This document shows, piece after piece, positions 37,004-50,569 of a DNA stretch of 64,000 nucleotides. A program made the translations under genes and the position numbers. Origin of the DNA: Octopus vulgaris (taxonomy: Eukaryota); the NCBI GenBank assembly GCA_951406725.2, contig OX597819.1, positions 83,886,001 to 83,950,000 of the forward strand. Reading direction: 5' to 3'. How positions within the stretch are numbered: the first letter of the stretch is position 1; every line of letters begins with the position of its first letter. Under the pieces are notes generated by a model. The model saw only the letters and a list, made by a program, of their open reading frames with translations. It was not told where the DNA came from and searched no databases.

Positions 37004-37026
37004 GTATATATATATATATATGTATG

Positions 37027-37057
<31 letters not shown>

Positions 37058-37207
37058 CTGTATATATATATATATACATATGTATATATAAATATATATA
37101 CCGGAGTAAGCACATAAATGTGAAACAAAGTGGAAAAAGGAGTACTCAAATACCAGAGGTAGAGTAATATACTTTATTTAAAAGCATATTATATATACAT
37201 ATATTTA

Positions 37208-37246
<39 letters not shown>

Positions 37247-37300
37247 TTTTATATAATTATATATATATATATTTATATATGTGTATATATATATAAATTT
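36885..37300. repeat. (TA)n-rich microsatellite tracts
   Basis: Directly visible. Confidence 0.9.
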
Positions 37301-37789
37301 TATTTGTTAGGGAATAAAAATTCCGGCATAACAGAGGTTCAAATTATTCTCAATGAAGAAATATATTTTAATTTAGAGATAGTAGGCCCCTCCATCTCAC
37401 CATATAAAAAAGAATTTTTATTTTAAATACCTACTGTTTTATAACTTGGCTACATGTGTTTCATGAGGTACATTCTCCGGTTCCTAAACCACTCCTTGTT
37501 TTGCTGGAACCCTTCTTAAAATGTTGCCCTAATCATTAGGCCCTTATATCACTTTATCATCGTTCAATACAATAAACTATATATTAATTTTTTTAAACCC
37601 TTAAGTATGTGTAAAATAGGTATGTTTAAATTAGGTTCGCTGGACTCTACAGTACAAGCCATTATTCAGATAAGCATTCAAATAAAAAGTTACATAAATA
37701 AAGGTTACAAAAATAAAGTAAGAAATAAAAAATAAAAATGCTAAAAAAAAATATATACGTGTGTGTGTGTGTGTGTGTGTGTATATTTT

Positions 37790-38350
37790 GTATCCCTCCC
37801 CTATAAAAATTCTGTCTGGCCTCGATTCAAGCATGTCATTTGAGGCTTGAACCACCATCTCAAGTGTTTGACCTTTCCAGTTTAGAGCCTCTCTCTTTTT
37901 CATCTGGAGTATTGTTATCTCATCCTCTGCATTGTAAATTATGGCCACTGCTATCCACATTACGTTGTAACCAGCTGGTATTTCTTCTATTGATATTTTT
38001 GCAGTTCTCCAGCCTAGGTAGGTTGGGAGCAAAATTATTTCTTCATTTTTTAGAGTTCTAGTAGATATTTCCTTTGCTCTTTCAGCGTTCTCAAATTGCG
38101 CATCAGCAGTGGCACTTTTTGTCCTTGACCGACAGAGGTAATTTTTCCCCATATGGGGGTGAGGCACTTTTCTACCACCTTGTTCTTCACAGATATAATT
38201 ATTTTCTCCTTCCTGTTATATATCTTATAGACTACCGTTCTGGCAGTTAAGTTTTGTAACATATCCTGTGGTTGCAACAGTTTTGTTTCAATGCCACTTT
38301 TTTTAATAAGGTTTCTAAACTTAGATAGTTGTTCTTTGGACACCTCCAAC
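37790..38350 (-). pseudogene. Frameshifted ORF, probably a LINE (L1/Tx1-like) ORF1 fragment
   Basis: ORFs 38050-38349 and 37631-38167 join by one frameshift into a complex protein (RTVVYKIY..VEKCLTPIWGKI../AQFENAERAKEISTRTL..LLPTYLGWRTAKISIEEIP) with an RRM-like pattern. It is cut off at a (TG)n tract. Confidence 0.5.
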
Positions 38351-38364
38351 TCACAAAAATTACC

Positions 38365-39265
38365 ACCACGTTCATATGGTGCTTTTTACATGCCACCGGC
38401 ACAGGTATAACTACAATTTTCATTTGATTTTTATTTTGATGTTGATGTACTTGACTCAATAGGTCTCCTCAAGCACAACAGGTTGCCCTACGATCCAAAG
38501 TAAGCACAGCAGGCCGTCCTGCGATCCAAGGTACTTTGGATGGGCTGGGGCTGCTATGTGAAGCTGGTGCAGGAAACAGCCATGAACTCATGTTATTTGT
38601 CGGGTTTTAGCAGTCAAAGCATATCTCCAGAGATCTCGGTCTTCCGTCATTGTCTCTGTGAGGCCCAATGTTCGAAGGTCATGCTTGACCACCTCATCCC
38701 ATGTCTTCCTGGGTCTACCTCTACCCTGGATTCCTTCAACTGTTTGGGAGTGGCACTTCTTTACACATCTGTCCTCATCCATCTGTAGTACATGACCATA
38801 CCAGCACAAATGTCTCTCTTGCACACCACATCCGATGCTTCTTATATCCAACATTTCTCTCAGGGCGCTTACACTCTGTCATGTGTGCACACTGATATTA
38901 CACATCCAGCGGATCATGCTAGCTTCATTTCTTTCAAGCCTATGCATGTCCTCTGCAGTCACAGCCCATGTTTCACTGCTGTGAAGCATGGCAGTTTCCA
39001 CACATGCGTTGTACAATCAACCTTTCACTCTGAGCGAGAGACCATTTGTCATATGTTGGGGTAGAAGCTTTCTAAACTTTGCCCAGGCTATTCATATTCT
39101 AGTGGTGACACTCTCTGAGCATCCACCTCCACTACTAACTTAATCACCTACTATCAACTACTTCTAGTTTCTCTCCCTGGAGTGTGATGGAATCTGTTTT
39201 TACTGAGTATCTGTGGTGTCTATTGCCCCTGTGCATCTGCCACACATGAAAGCTATCTTTTCAGC
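38365..39265 (-). mobile_element. RTE LINE fragment, inverted relative to 35340-36275
   Basis: ORF 38588-38854: WYGHVLQMDEDRCVKKC..GRGRPRKTWDEVVKHDLRTLGLTETMTEDRDLWR. Confidence 0.9.
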
Positions 39266-39402
39266 TAATTTTTATAAATATATATATATAATGGATGTAT
39301 AAATACACATATAAATACATATCTATACATATATTTATATAGATATATATATGGATATATAAATACACATATATGTACATATCTATACATATATTTATAT
39401 AT

Positions 39403-40583
39403 ATTGGAGTCCATGGAAAGCTGCTGCGGCGAATAAAGTGTTTCCTGATGAACAGAACTCAATATGTTGTGTTTGAGGGAATACAATCCACTCAGCCAAA
39501 GTCAGTAGTAGTGTCCCACAAGGTACTGTGTTTGGGCCCACTCCTCTTCATTATTTACATCAACGACATAGTAGATGTCATCAGACATTCTACATTGAAA
39601 ATCTTTACAGATGACTCCAAACTCCAGAAAGCTGTAAGTGGCAAGAGAGACCAAACATGCCTTCAGTCAGATCTGTTTACTATTGTCCAATGGGCGGAAA
39701 AAAAAACCGATATGCTTTTAAATGAAGATAAGGTTGATTTGATCCACTATGCGAAAGAGGAAACTCTGAATTTACCATATACTTTTCCCTAAGGTGACTC
39801 CCTAGTGTCATCCAACAACACCAGAAATCTTGGAGTAATTGTTGATAACAATCTAAGCTGGAATCCCTACATAAACAGCAAGGTTGACTTAGCCTGCAAG
39901 ATGTGCTCCTGGAGTCTGAGAACTTTCCAGTCTAGAGATGCCTACACCATCATCCTTCTCTACTCTACTTCTGCCCGACCCCACCACGAGTACTGTTGCC
40001 CACTGTGCCCCCCACCCCCACCCCACCCACCCCATACAAAGCAACTCATTATGAAAGTAGAAGCACTCCAGAGGTCCGTAACAAGAAAGACAGACAGCAT
40101 GAGATGCATTGATTATTGGGACCGACTAAAAAAACTCAATCTACTCTCTCCAACACCGCCAGAAGCGCTACACATACATTTGTGTTATGTGGAAAATATT
40201 CCATCAATATTGCACAAATGATGTTGGCATCAATTTTAAAATCCATCCAAGACTTGTCCCTGTGCTATCCACCCACTGCAAAAATCGAACTCGGTACACA
40301 TAGCAACATTGTGTCACAATTACTTTACCTCAACCATCCAGCTCTCTTTAATACCATACCAAAATATGTCAAAATGTAAACAGATCCCATAAAATTCAAA
40401 TGTTCACTGGACAAATTTGTTCAAAAAATCCTACGCCATCCTTCTACACCTGGATATGTCACTAACAATAATAACTCTTTGCTAGAGTGGGCTATGGTGC
40501 CACATATATGACTAAACGACTTCACCAGTTGGTGCTATTGAGTTAGACATGGCCTGGGTCTATTCTGGCAGAAACCTATCAAA

Positions 40584-40585
<2 letters not shown>
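39403..40585 (+). mobile_element. 5'-truncated CR1-group LINE (RT C-terminal half, decayed)
   Basis: GKLLRRIKCFLMNRTQYVV..LGPLLFIIYIND..FTDDSKL..LQSDL; RNLGVIVDNNLSW..RPHHEYC. Confidence 0.9.
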
Positions 40586-40624
<39 letters not shown>

Positions 40625-40653
40625 ATGTATAAATACACATATATGTACATATT

Positions 40654-40692
<39 letters not shown>

Positions 40693-40696
<4 letters not shown>

Positions 40697-41076
40697 TCAT
40701 CATCGTTTAACGTCCACTTTCCATGCTAGCATGGGTTGGACGGTTCAACTGGGGTCTGGGAAGCCTGAAGGCTGCACCAGGCCAGTCAGATCTGGCAGTG
40801 TTTCTACAGCTGGATGCCCTTCCTAACGCCAACCACTCCGTGAGTGTAGTGGGGTGCTTTTTATGTGCCACTGACACAGGTGCCAGACGAGGCTGGCGAA
40901 CGGCCACGCTCGGATGGTGCTTTTTACGTGCCACTGGCATGGAGGCCAGGCAAGGCTGGCAACAGCCACAATCGGATGGTGTTTGTTACGTGCCACCAGC
41001 ACGGAGGCCAGTCGATGTGGTGCTGGCTATGGCCACGTTCGGATGGTTTTCTTATGTGCCACCGGCACTGGTACCA
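40693..41076 (-). mobile_element. RTE 3' UTR fragment of the same subfamily as the 3590-5270 array
   Basis: Near-identical to 3600-4055 but with fewer internal units. Confidence 0.85.
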
Positions 41077-41111
41077 TATAAATACACATGTACGTATCTA
41101 TACATATATTC

Positions 41112-41142
<31 letters not shown>

Positions 41143-41177
41143 CATGGATGTATAAATACACATATATGTACATATCT

Positions 41178-41228
<51 letters not shown>

Positions 41229-43435
41229 TGTATAAATACACATTTATGTACATATCTATACATATACTTATATATATTTATGGATCTATAAATAAATACA
41301 CATATATGTACACACCTATACATATATTTATATATATATGGATGTATGAATACACATATATGTACGTATCTGTGTGTATATATATATGGATGTATGAATG
41401 CACATATATGTACGTATCTATGTGTATATATATATATGTAAATATATATATATCTGCACTGTCATAGTCACTATTGTCACCTTTGCACTACCTCTTTCCT
41501 ACCATTTTGAAGCAAGTAACCATCTGTCCTTTACACTCCAAGACTTTGTCACTTCCTTGGTGCATTTTCTGCAGCACACACTTCAGTATCAATCTTGATT
41601 TGGTGTAAATATCAATAATTACATGAACAATGCTGTTAAAACACTTTCAGATAATAGCACATATTTGTAGGGTATGGAAAACTTTAATTCTTCTTTCCTT
41701 CTATTTACAGAAGCCTATGTGCTATATCTTAAGAAACCAATTATGCCCTACCTTGCAAACTGACAAGTGTCTCATGATGTCCCACTTTTGAATTTCCTTT
41801 AATTTATGAACTTCCAAGGATATTCCCTCTATCCCAACGTAACATAAGCAAAGAAGATACTCTGAACATATCTGTTGAACAAAAGATCGAAAGCTGAAGT
41901 ACTTCCTGCAGCACCACAAAGTTTTGCTTGATGATCAAAAATTGGTTGGTCTAGTGACAGAGGTTTGTGATTCAAAATGAGGAACTTGAAAAGGAGTCAC
42001 CATTTGTACACAACATTTGTATTAGTAGGAGGAATGATGCTACATCGTACTTCCTGGTTTGTAGTTGGGAAAAAATTATGTAACTCTGGTAAATGACCCA
42101 TTATATCCCACCCACCCCTAGTTATTTTGAAAACATGCAAACTAAAATCATAACTTATATAACCATAAGACCAACTCCCACTTCCTAAAATTCTGGCTTT
42201 GTGCTAAAATTTGAAACCCTTATTATTACTACTATTAACTTGATATAATATGTGCTATTATTATCAGTTCTGTGAGGTTGGCATAGATGGTAATGTGCTG
42301 AACAGTAATTAATTACTTTGATTAATGACAAGTTCAAATCCTGACACTCAGCTTTGACATTGCATTTTATCCCACCATTGGTTTGCAGGAACTATTTATT
42401 CTATCCAGTTCAATAGACTACAGCAGCTCCAATATCTCATATGTGTGGTAGGTGCAAATTATATTATGCAATAGAAATTTATATAGAATCTAGAGGTTGC
42501 CAACTGATTAAAAATCCAAGTAACACAATGTATAGAGACAACAGAACATTTTGCTTTGTAAATAAGATTAACAAGTTTGCATTTTTTTCTTTTATGACTT
42601 TACTCCCATTTTTCCTTGACAATATGGATGGAGTTTGTAAACTTGGATACATCCATATTGCAGAAGTATTTATAGATTTTTTTGCTAGCACTTATTGACC
42701 TCCGTGGAGATAAGATAACTAAAAATCAATTCAAGCATGATTTGAGCAGAACATAAATTGATGGTACTGAGTGTTGTTAGTAATATTCTTTTCTTTTCTG
42801 CTTTATTCTTTCTATCAATTTTAATATGTAAATCCTCACCAAAGGACATCCTGCCATAGAAACCAAGCCAAATCAGACTGGAACCGGGTTCTGCTCTCTT
42901 GCCTGCCAGCTCTAGTCAAACAGTCCAACACATACCAGCATAGGAAACAAATGTTGAAGAATGAAGATGAGGATGATGATGATTACCAAAGTGTCAGACA
43001 GCAGAGTAATAACTGAAGATATTACAGTTTTATCTTTCCTTCCTCACTACATCTTGAATTCAAGTTCTGCTTTTTTTCCCTGTAAAGGAGATGCAAGCGT
43101 AGCAGACCAAAAACATGGAAAAGGTCCACAGAAACTGAGTAACTGATAGGTGGTTACATCTGGGGACAACTACAATTCATTGTCAAAGATTGAGACAGAT
43201 GGTGCTCCATTCTCCACATAAAATTAAAAGATTAGAAGAAGCAGGTTTATAATACCAATCATGTAACGGTCAATTATCTCAATGGAAATTCTCTCCTATG
43301 AATTTCCAGTTTTCTACCAGCATGAAAACTCATTAGATAAAAACATGAAAGCATACATTCTTTTTGGTCATCTAGTTGTTTGTAGTGTTAAAAGACCAAT
43401 TATTCTAGAGATATATTCAAAGAATACGCGAGCCA

Positions 43436-43480
<45 letters not shown>

Positions 43481-43540
43481 TACATCTATTTTTCTTCTAT
43501 GAGTGGTTATACATTGTACTAAAGAATTCTTAATCTTTAA

Positions 43541-43759
43541 CCTTTCAGAATTCAGATTACTCTGTTAAATGTAATGCTTATTTATTTACATTATTTTCAA
43601 TTAATCATGCACTATCTTGCAGCTTAGAGACTTTGACAATCTGAGCATATGCTTTTAGATTGACATTTTAGTATTGCTGTGAGCAGTTGGATCAGCCTGT
43701 TTGAACATAAAACAGGTAGGATATTTCAGCCAGATATAGCTGGTTTTAATGCTAAAGGG
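43541..43759. mobile_element. piggyBac-type MITE
   Basis: TTAA|CCTTTCAGAATT ... AATGCTAAAGGG|TTAA. Confidence 0.75.
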
Positions 43760-44174
43760 TTAAATTAAAATTTCATAGGAATACAGGCAGTTCTGCCAGA
43801 ATATATTTTCTAAGTACTTTAAATAATTTATTTTTCTCATTGGCAAACTATGTGTTCCCTCTCTCCTGCATGTTGACCTCATTAATCTAGAATTCACTAG
43901 TCCAGAAATTTCTAAGATTCGAAACAATAATTTGAATCTGATCATTAGTTTGCATGATTGCCTGGTGCCTCATATTGTTTGTATCTACCACAGTGGACTT
44001 ACAATAGTTGATACTGTTACAGAGGCAAATATATAACTTCCTTTCACTGATATTTCATACTTAAATATACCATCTAAACAACCAGCTAGTACTGAAGGTG
44101 ACAATGCAACAAATATGTGACATTAACTCTTACAAAAGTTATTAATACAGAAAAAGCTAGAAATGGTACAGACA

Positions 44175-44480
44175 GCGCATGGCTTAGTGATTAAGGTATT
44201 CGGCTCACAGTTGTAAGATTGAGAGTTCAATTCCTGGTGATGCATTGTGTCCTTGAGCAAGACACTTTAATTCACATTGCTACAGTTCACTCAGCTGACA
44301 AAATTGAGTGGTACCTGTATTTCGAAGGGCTAGTCTTGTCACATTCTGTGTCATGCTGAATCTCACTGAGAAGGGTACATATGTTTGTGGAGTACTCAGC
44401 CACTTGCATATTAATTTCATGAGCAAGCTGTTCTGTTGATCGTATCAACTGGAACCTATGTTGTTGAAACCAACAGTGCC
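44175..44480 (+). mobile_element. tRNA/CORE-like SINE, full length
   Basis: A box TGGCTTAGTGATTAA, B box GAGTTCAATTCC, then TGTGTCCTTGAGCAAGACACTT. Confidence 0.8.
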
Positions 44481-46084
44481 AGAAATGGTACATCAGTAAG
44501 AGCCTTGCATGCAGAATAGCATTGGTTTACTGACAGCATGATGAAATTTGGCTGGAGAGGTGATGAACTCAAAATAGACTTGAGGTTGAATACTAGTCAG
44601 TCAAACCAGTAAGTAGGAGCCTCACATCAGTAAGTGGGGCTGTAAAACCATCACAAGGAAGGCCTAGAAACAGTGTACATTCTGTCCTGATGACCCCTGA
44701 AACCTACTGGCATCCAGTATACCAAGCTTCAACTGACTGCACTTGCACAAGCAAGCTGTTTCCAAGTCATTTTAAGAAACAAGAGAAAATAATGACATCT
44801 TTGCTCTGGAAATGAAAGTATCTGAAAAGTTTTGTGATGATGGTGAGAGTATTTCTGGAGTGACTTTAAACATTCAAGAAAACTTTGTATATTCAAATGA
44901 CTGACTACACCACTCCAAGCTGAGGCACATATCAGTCAACATTATGGGTACAGTAAAGCAGGAAATCTATAGAATCATTAGTTCTTATTTAACCTAAATT
45001 ACCTCTGATTAAAGGCACCTTAGCTTTGACTATCCCATCTTTTTTTCCATGACTATAATCAAGTATGTCCTACTTCATTTTTTAAGATAACAGAGTGTAA
45101 CAAGAGAAATATATATGACTGTTATTTCTAACAGATTGAGTGACTGCACAAGGATTCCCTCAATAGTTCATCCAGAAGATTAATTTGTCTGCAAAATCTT
45201 TCACCAGAATAAAGTAGCAAAAATAAATAAATATTATCCAGATATTTGATAGAATATACTTCTGTCCATTATCTGGAAATTGTAACCTTAAGCTAGTAGA
45301 GTGATGAGTTAAAGTGATTTTGTAATTAATAACACTGAATATATCTACTGAGCTCTCACTGTGAGATTGGCTGCTGGATATGTCGTGCCATTAATAACTG
45401 CATTGTGTTAAATTGGTTAACCAACTTTTTAAATTGGACATTTAGTAATATGATGGTGGCTGGTAGCCAAGGTGCCAATACTGAGAAGAGAATATGCTCA
45501 CCAATACAACTAACTTGATGGTACTGCACAGCAGCACTTGTCGCTAATAGTAAAAGTTATTAAAGCCTATATTTGCTCTTCATGGAGTTACAACACCTAA
45601 AACACAGAATCACCTGCCAACAATGCAATGCACATACACACACATCAATAACATAGCTACTAATACATATGAACCAAAATATTCACACTATGTATTTTAT
45701 GATTTCACTTAGGCATAGCAATACTAATAATCAGTCATTAAAACTCAATATGCATATGCTTTAGAACAAAGCATTAGGAAAATACAGATAATAATATAAA
45801 TTATTGGATGACAAGGGAATGGAAATTATGTAAGTAAACTTCATTAGCTTACATTTCTGCTATAAGATGCAGTGCACTCAGAGCTAAGTGTTTGTGCAAC
45901 ATGTTAAAAATTCACATTATATAAAAATGCAACTGTGCACTTAATTTATGAAGATTTTACAACTAATTTCTGTCATTCAGCTTCTGTCACATTCTCAATT
46001 GGTTGACTTTGTGCTATATTTTTAAGAGAGTAGAGTAATAGTAGCATTCCCTTAGTGGTAACAATCCATAGAAATGTAAACATT

Positions 46085-46462
46085 GGCATGGCTGTGTAGT
46101 TAAAAAATTTGCTTCCAACCATATGGTCTCAGATTCAGTCTCACTATGTGGAACTTTTGGCAAATGTCTTTTACTTCCCCAATGGCCTGACCAAATGTTT
46201 GTGAGTGCATTTGGCAGACAGAAACTGAAAGAAGCCCATAATATGTGTGTGTGTGTCTTGTCTTAACATCATGATAATCAGAAATGATTGTCATGGTCAC
46301 AAGCAGTGTTATTCATTTCCACAAGACCATGAGAAAATATTACCTTGCTTAGAATCAGGTGAAGGATTGACAACAGAAAGGACATCCAGCTGTAGAAAAT
46401 ATGTCTCAACAAATTCTGTCTGCTGCATGCAAGCATGGAAAAGTGGTTGTTAAAATGATGAT
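46085..46462 (+). mobile_element. tRNA-head SINE with RTE-type tail
   Basis: Collinear with 21557-21965. Confidence 0.75.
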
Positions 46463-46929
46463 TTCTGTAAATAAGCTGAAACCAAACCCCAAGTTTTGAT
46501 GCCAAACCCAATATTACCTACTTCAAAGAAATTCACTGTATGCAGGGCTGTCTTAGCAACATTATAGGCCCTTGGCAAATCATTGCACTGAAGCCCCTAT
46601 ATACATAACTAGCATCTACATAATGATTGGGTCCTAGATGGTACTTGGTTGTAAGCAGAGAAACCCTTTAAGTGGTTTACTGTTACTATCAGCAATAGCT
46701 CTGATGCTGTTCCTGAAAGAGTTTGGTCTGTATGGAAGAAATTTAAAGAACTCTTGGTTTTTAGAAAATAAATCAGATTAGTCTGTTCAACTTTATTAAT
46801 CAATAAATTTATGTACAAGTAACATCATCAATCACATTTACTAAAGAAGAACACAATTATCTGTGACTACCCAAAAAGAACCTGAGTCCTAGACTTTTTT
46901 AATATCCTTAAAATTTGGTTCTTGGAACA

Positions 46930-48713
46930 TTCGCCATAAACATTTTTGCTGCAAGAAAACTCACCTCAGGAATTATCATCATAGGAAACTTTGTCATATA
47001 GATAATGTCAAAGATATGGCAGGCAACCTGATTTAGAGAAATTGCAGCTCTAAAAAAAATTGCTTTATATATATATGTTTTTTATAATTCTGTTTTAGAT
47101 TTAACTGTTTTTTGTTTTCTTTTTGTTTGTTGTAAACGTTATATTTATATTGAAGCATTTTCATATTTATAATGAAGTGTTTTCTACAAAATTCTTTGAT
47201 TGATATTAATATATATTTTTTTTATTAGGACTGCATCTGCTCAATCTAAATTACACTTTTTCTTTTTCAGTAACGTCTCTTCCTTTTTCAAATACGTAAT
47301 AAGTTTCCACAAATTTGGGTGCATGTTAGTGATGGAGCTTTGCATTGCAATGTGGAAGCCTTCTACACTGTTGTTTGTTCTCATCGTATTATTCTGGGTT
47401 CTTTCGAAGACATTCCACACTTCAATAGGAAAAGCTGGTTGCATTCTTAGTTTTCGCTCACCTCAACCTCATTCTCCTCCTATATAGTGAGTTTCAAAGT
47501 AAGATACAAATTCTTGAAGCAAATCATCATCATCAGTTAGTTAGTACAAGAAAACCATCAATAATTTCACGCACTGGAAGCATTGTTAAATTCTGCATCT
47601 GTTTGATAACAAGGTTTTATACTTATCTCCACAATGTAGTGATAGATATTCTTAGCCATATGAAATAAACACCCTGTTATATTTGTTGTTGGAAATATAT
47701 TACAGAAAGTATTGATAACTGCTTTCTCGAAATCAACCATTAAGATTTCAAGCTCTAATGATGGGTGTAAGAAAGCCTTCTGTACGTTGTGATTTACCGG
47801 GTAGCAAATCAAAAAGATGTGGTATGTTAATATTTCATGTGACAATATGTAACGTGAACAACTGATAATATATATCTGGGCTGCATTTAAAAGTTCCATC
47901 ACAAGGCCAATCTTTATTATTCCCAAGGTCATCTAACCCAACTTGTGTACCAAATACTAACAGTCTCTCCGGATTATCTTCACCACTATCATATAATAAA
48001 AACTTCTCACCATTTTCAAGAAATCTATATTCTTCAGGTATTATATACCCACTTCTTCCAGTTGGGATCAGGGGAGCTTGGCTTTTCTTTTGCCTCCAAC
48101 CTCTAATATTGCGAGACAAATGTGATGGCATCAGCATCAGTGACAATGCATTATCATCTAAACTAGATGAAATTTCTGCAATTAACAACCATGCAGAAGT
48201 TTGTGAATTAATGGCTAGTGATTTCAATTTCATTTTCGCTATGTAAACTTTCGGTTCTGAAGGATGAGAAGGATGGCAATGCTTGCCGAATATTTTACAT
48301 ATAGATAAATTAATTGTTCTCCAGTACGGTATGCACTCTTGCTTTACATTCTCTATTTTCACATTTCCAATAAAGTTTTTCACCGTATTTTCTATCTATC
48401 CTATAAACAAAGTTAAGATCATTAACTAATTTCAAACTACCTCTGCTAATTCCCACTTGATAGGTAATGGGTTGGCTACACAAAAACAATATTGTCACAT
48501 GAATAAAAAAATTTTAAATGAGTTAAGAAATTACTTTACCCCCTCTTATTGGTTTCTCTAATAAAAGTTAGGTTGGCTGAAACAATTATGTACCAAGGGA
48601 GCAATTCGTCTTTTTTTGGTGAAATTGTCTTGTGGCAAAATTTCCTACGTGGTGAACTCTCCTACAGCCAAAAATCCTGAGGCGAATTTTCCTGCAGCAA
48701 ACTTTCTGGATAC
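46930..48713 (-). mobile_element. Decayed Mutator-like (FLYWCH-MULE) DNA transposon
   Basis: FLYWCH-like FVYRIDRK..LYWKCENRECKARVHT..HCH; MULE DDE motifs DGTFK..YQLFTLH, DFEKAVIN..GCLFH and RTNNSVEGFH. Subrepeated TIRs read TTTGCTGCAAGAAAACTCACCTCAGG / CCTGAGGCGAATTTTCCTGCAGCAAA. Confidence 0.88.
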
Positions 48714-48869
48714 ATTGAAATTTATCAGTATATCTGTTCAGTTACTGTCAATGCTAAGGAATATGATAGGTGATATATCAAGCGGGTATGTACAGTGACA
48801 GTTTTAAATGTGAAGTTTGTGTTGAAGTCCATATACAATTTATTGGACAGGCTTCTCTTTTCCACTTTA

Positions 48870-49140
48870 TTACAGGTGATGTGAACTGGCAAAATACCAC
48901 TCCTAAAAGTTGTTTCTTAGAAAATTAAGTCTGGCTTCTCTTCAACTAAAATCTTCAGTTTGTCACTTGCTATAGCAGATGCTAATCTCTCTTCTGTTTA
49001 TCTATGAAATGCAAATTTTCATTGAGAATTCTTGAAACCAATGCATCCTGTATGCTCAGAAATAGTCTCTTCACATCATATTTGGTCCATTTCCTACAAA
49101 GTTTGTAAGGAATTGTGGCTCAGTTGAAACTATGCGGTAA
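48870..49140 (-). mobile_element. Heavily decayed mariner transposase N-terminal (HTH) remnant
   Basis: Frameshifted translation EETISEHTG..WF..SAIASDKLKILVEEKPDL resembles the mariner HTH and linker region. Confidence 0.5.
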
Positions 49141-50569
49141 AATAATGCAATAAACTTGTTTTATGTTGTCAGTAAGTTTGAGGATTTTCAACATGCAGAG
49201 TTAAACGCTGGAAAAAAAAGACAAGAACATTACTGAATAAAAAAATGTTTAATCTTTCAAATGAGATAACACAACATAGTAAAACAAGTATTTGTGTTAC
49301 TAAGCAAAACTTTATTATTTCCATTTATAAAACCAACTGTTATTTACCAAACATAATACTTCCTATCCTGATGAACCAAAGTTATGTTTATATCTGTAGT
49401 TCTTTTATTCTATGATAGTAAAAACTAAATGTCAAAGACTTAAACTGTCTAGCTTTAAACAACAGTGCCATGGTTAGATGGATCTACATTGAAACTCTCA
49501 ACTGGCAGGTGATTTCCAGTATTATATAGTCACTTTAGTGTATTTGATGTAAAAGTACATTATCAGATGGAGAAGATTACAGCAGTCTGACTTCATACAT
49601 TACAAGAGAATAGCAAACCCAAAAGATTGTCCATTTTTCAAATAGATGTTATCTTTCTTATGAGACAACTAAAGAAACACACACACACACTTATATAAAG
49701 AAACACTAGGTAGGTAGATATGTGTATAAATATCTATATATAAGAAAAACTAAGTAAACATATATATATATATCATCATTGTTTAATGTTTGTCTTTCAT
49801 GCTAGCATGGGTTTGATGGTTTGACAGGAGCTGGCCAGGCAGAAGACTTGAGATATCTAAATATCAATGAAAAACTAGAATAAAGTTGAGAAGGATCAAA
49901 GAAAATTTGATATGAATGGCTTCCAGTCTTAATGATGTCAAAGGTTAAAAAAATATGCAATAGAAGCAGGGTGATTTATGTACAATGAAATTACAAAAGG
50001 AAGTAAAATTATATAGCATACCTAAGTAACCACTGATCTTAAGATATTAATGTTGAAAATCTAATAGAACTCCTACCACTTAAAGCCAATTATATAATAA
50101 ATCCAACATATCTTAGCTGAGAAATGAAGGAAATATCATCATCATGATCGGTAACATTTCTTTTTTCCATGCTGGCATAGGTTGAACAGTTTGACAGGAA
50201 CTGACAAACTAGAAGCTTGTGCCAAGCTCCAACACCTGCTTTGACATGGTTTCTACAGCTAGCTGCCCTTCCTAATGCCAACCACTTTTACTGAGTGTAA
50301 CAAGTACTTCTTTTTTTCATATCAAGTACTCGCAAGGCAAGACCTCTCAACTGAGTTGGGTATTGTATTGAAGGAGGTGAAAGTGTGATAGAGGGATAAG
50401 AACAGGTGTTTGCTGAAGAGGATGCTTCTCCAACTGGGAAGAGAGAAATGGTGAGGGCATATCCTCAAGGTACAAGGTAGATAAGAGAGAGAATAGAGGA
50501 AAAGAAAGGATAGATAAGTTTATGAGAGTGTAAAAACAATATGACAGATGTTCAGAGATAGAGAGATGA

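Noticed and set aside
33504-37426. Many YIYI/VCVC/SLSL ORFs
   Set aside because: These are dinucleotide microsatellite artefacts.
41711-41962. Plus-strand exon candidate after a strong acceptor
   Set aside because: It has stops in all three frames.
42620-42660. Hairpin CAATATGGATG/CATCCATATTG
   Set aside because: At 41 nt it is too short for a pre-miRNA, and nothing else supports it.
44687-44707. CTGATGA-CCCCT-GAAAC hammerhead-like core
   Set aside because: Stems I, II and III cannot be formed.
45502-45543. 42-nt minus-strand exon candidate
   Set aside because: It has splice-like flanks only, with no recognisable peptide or partner exon.
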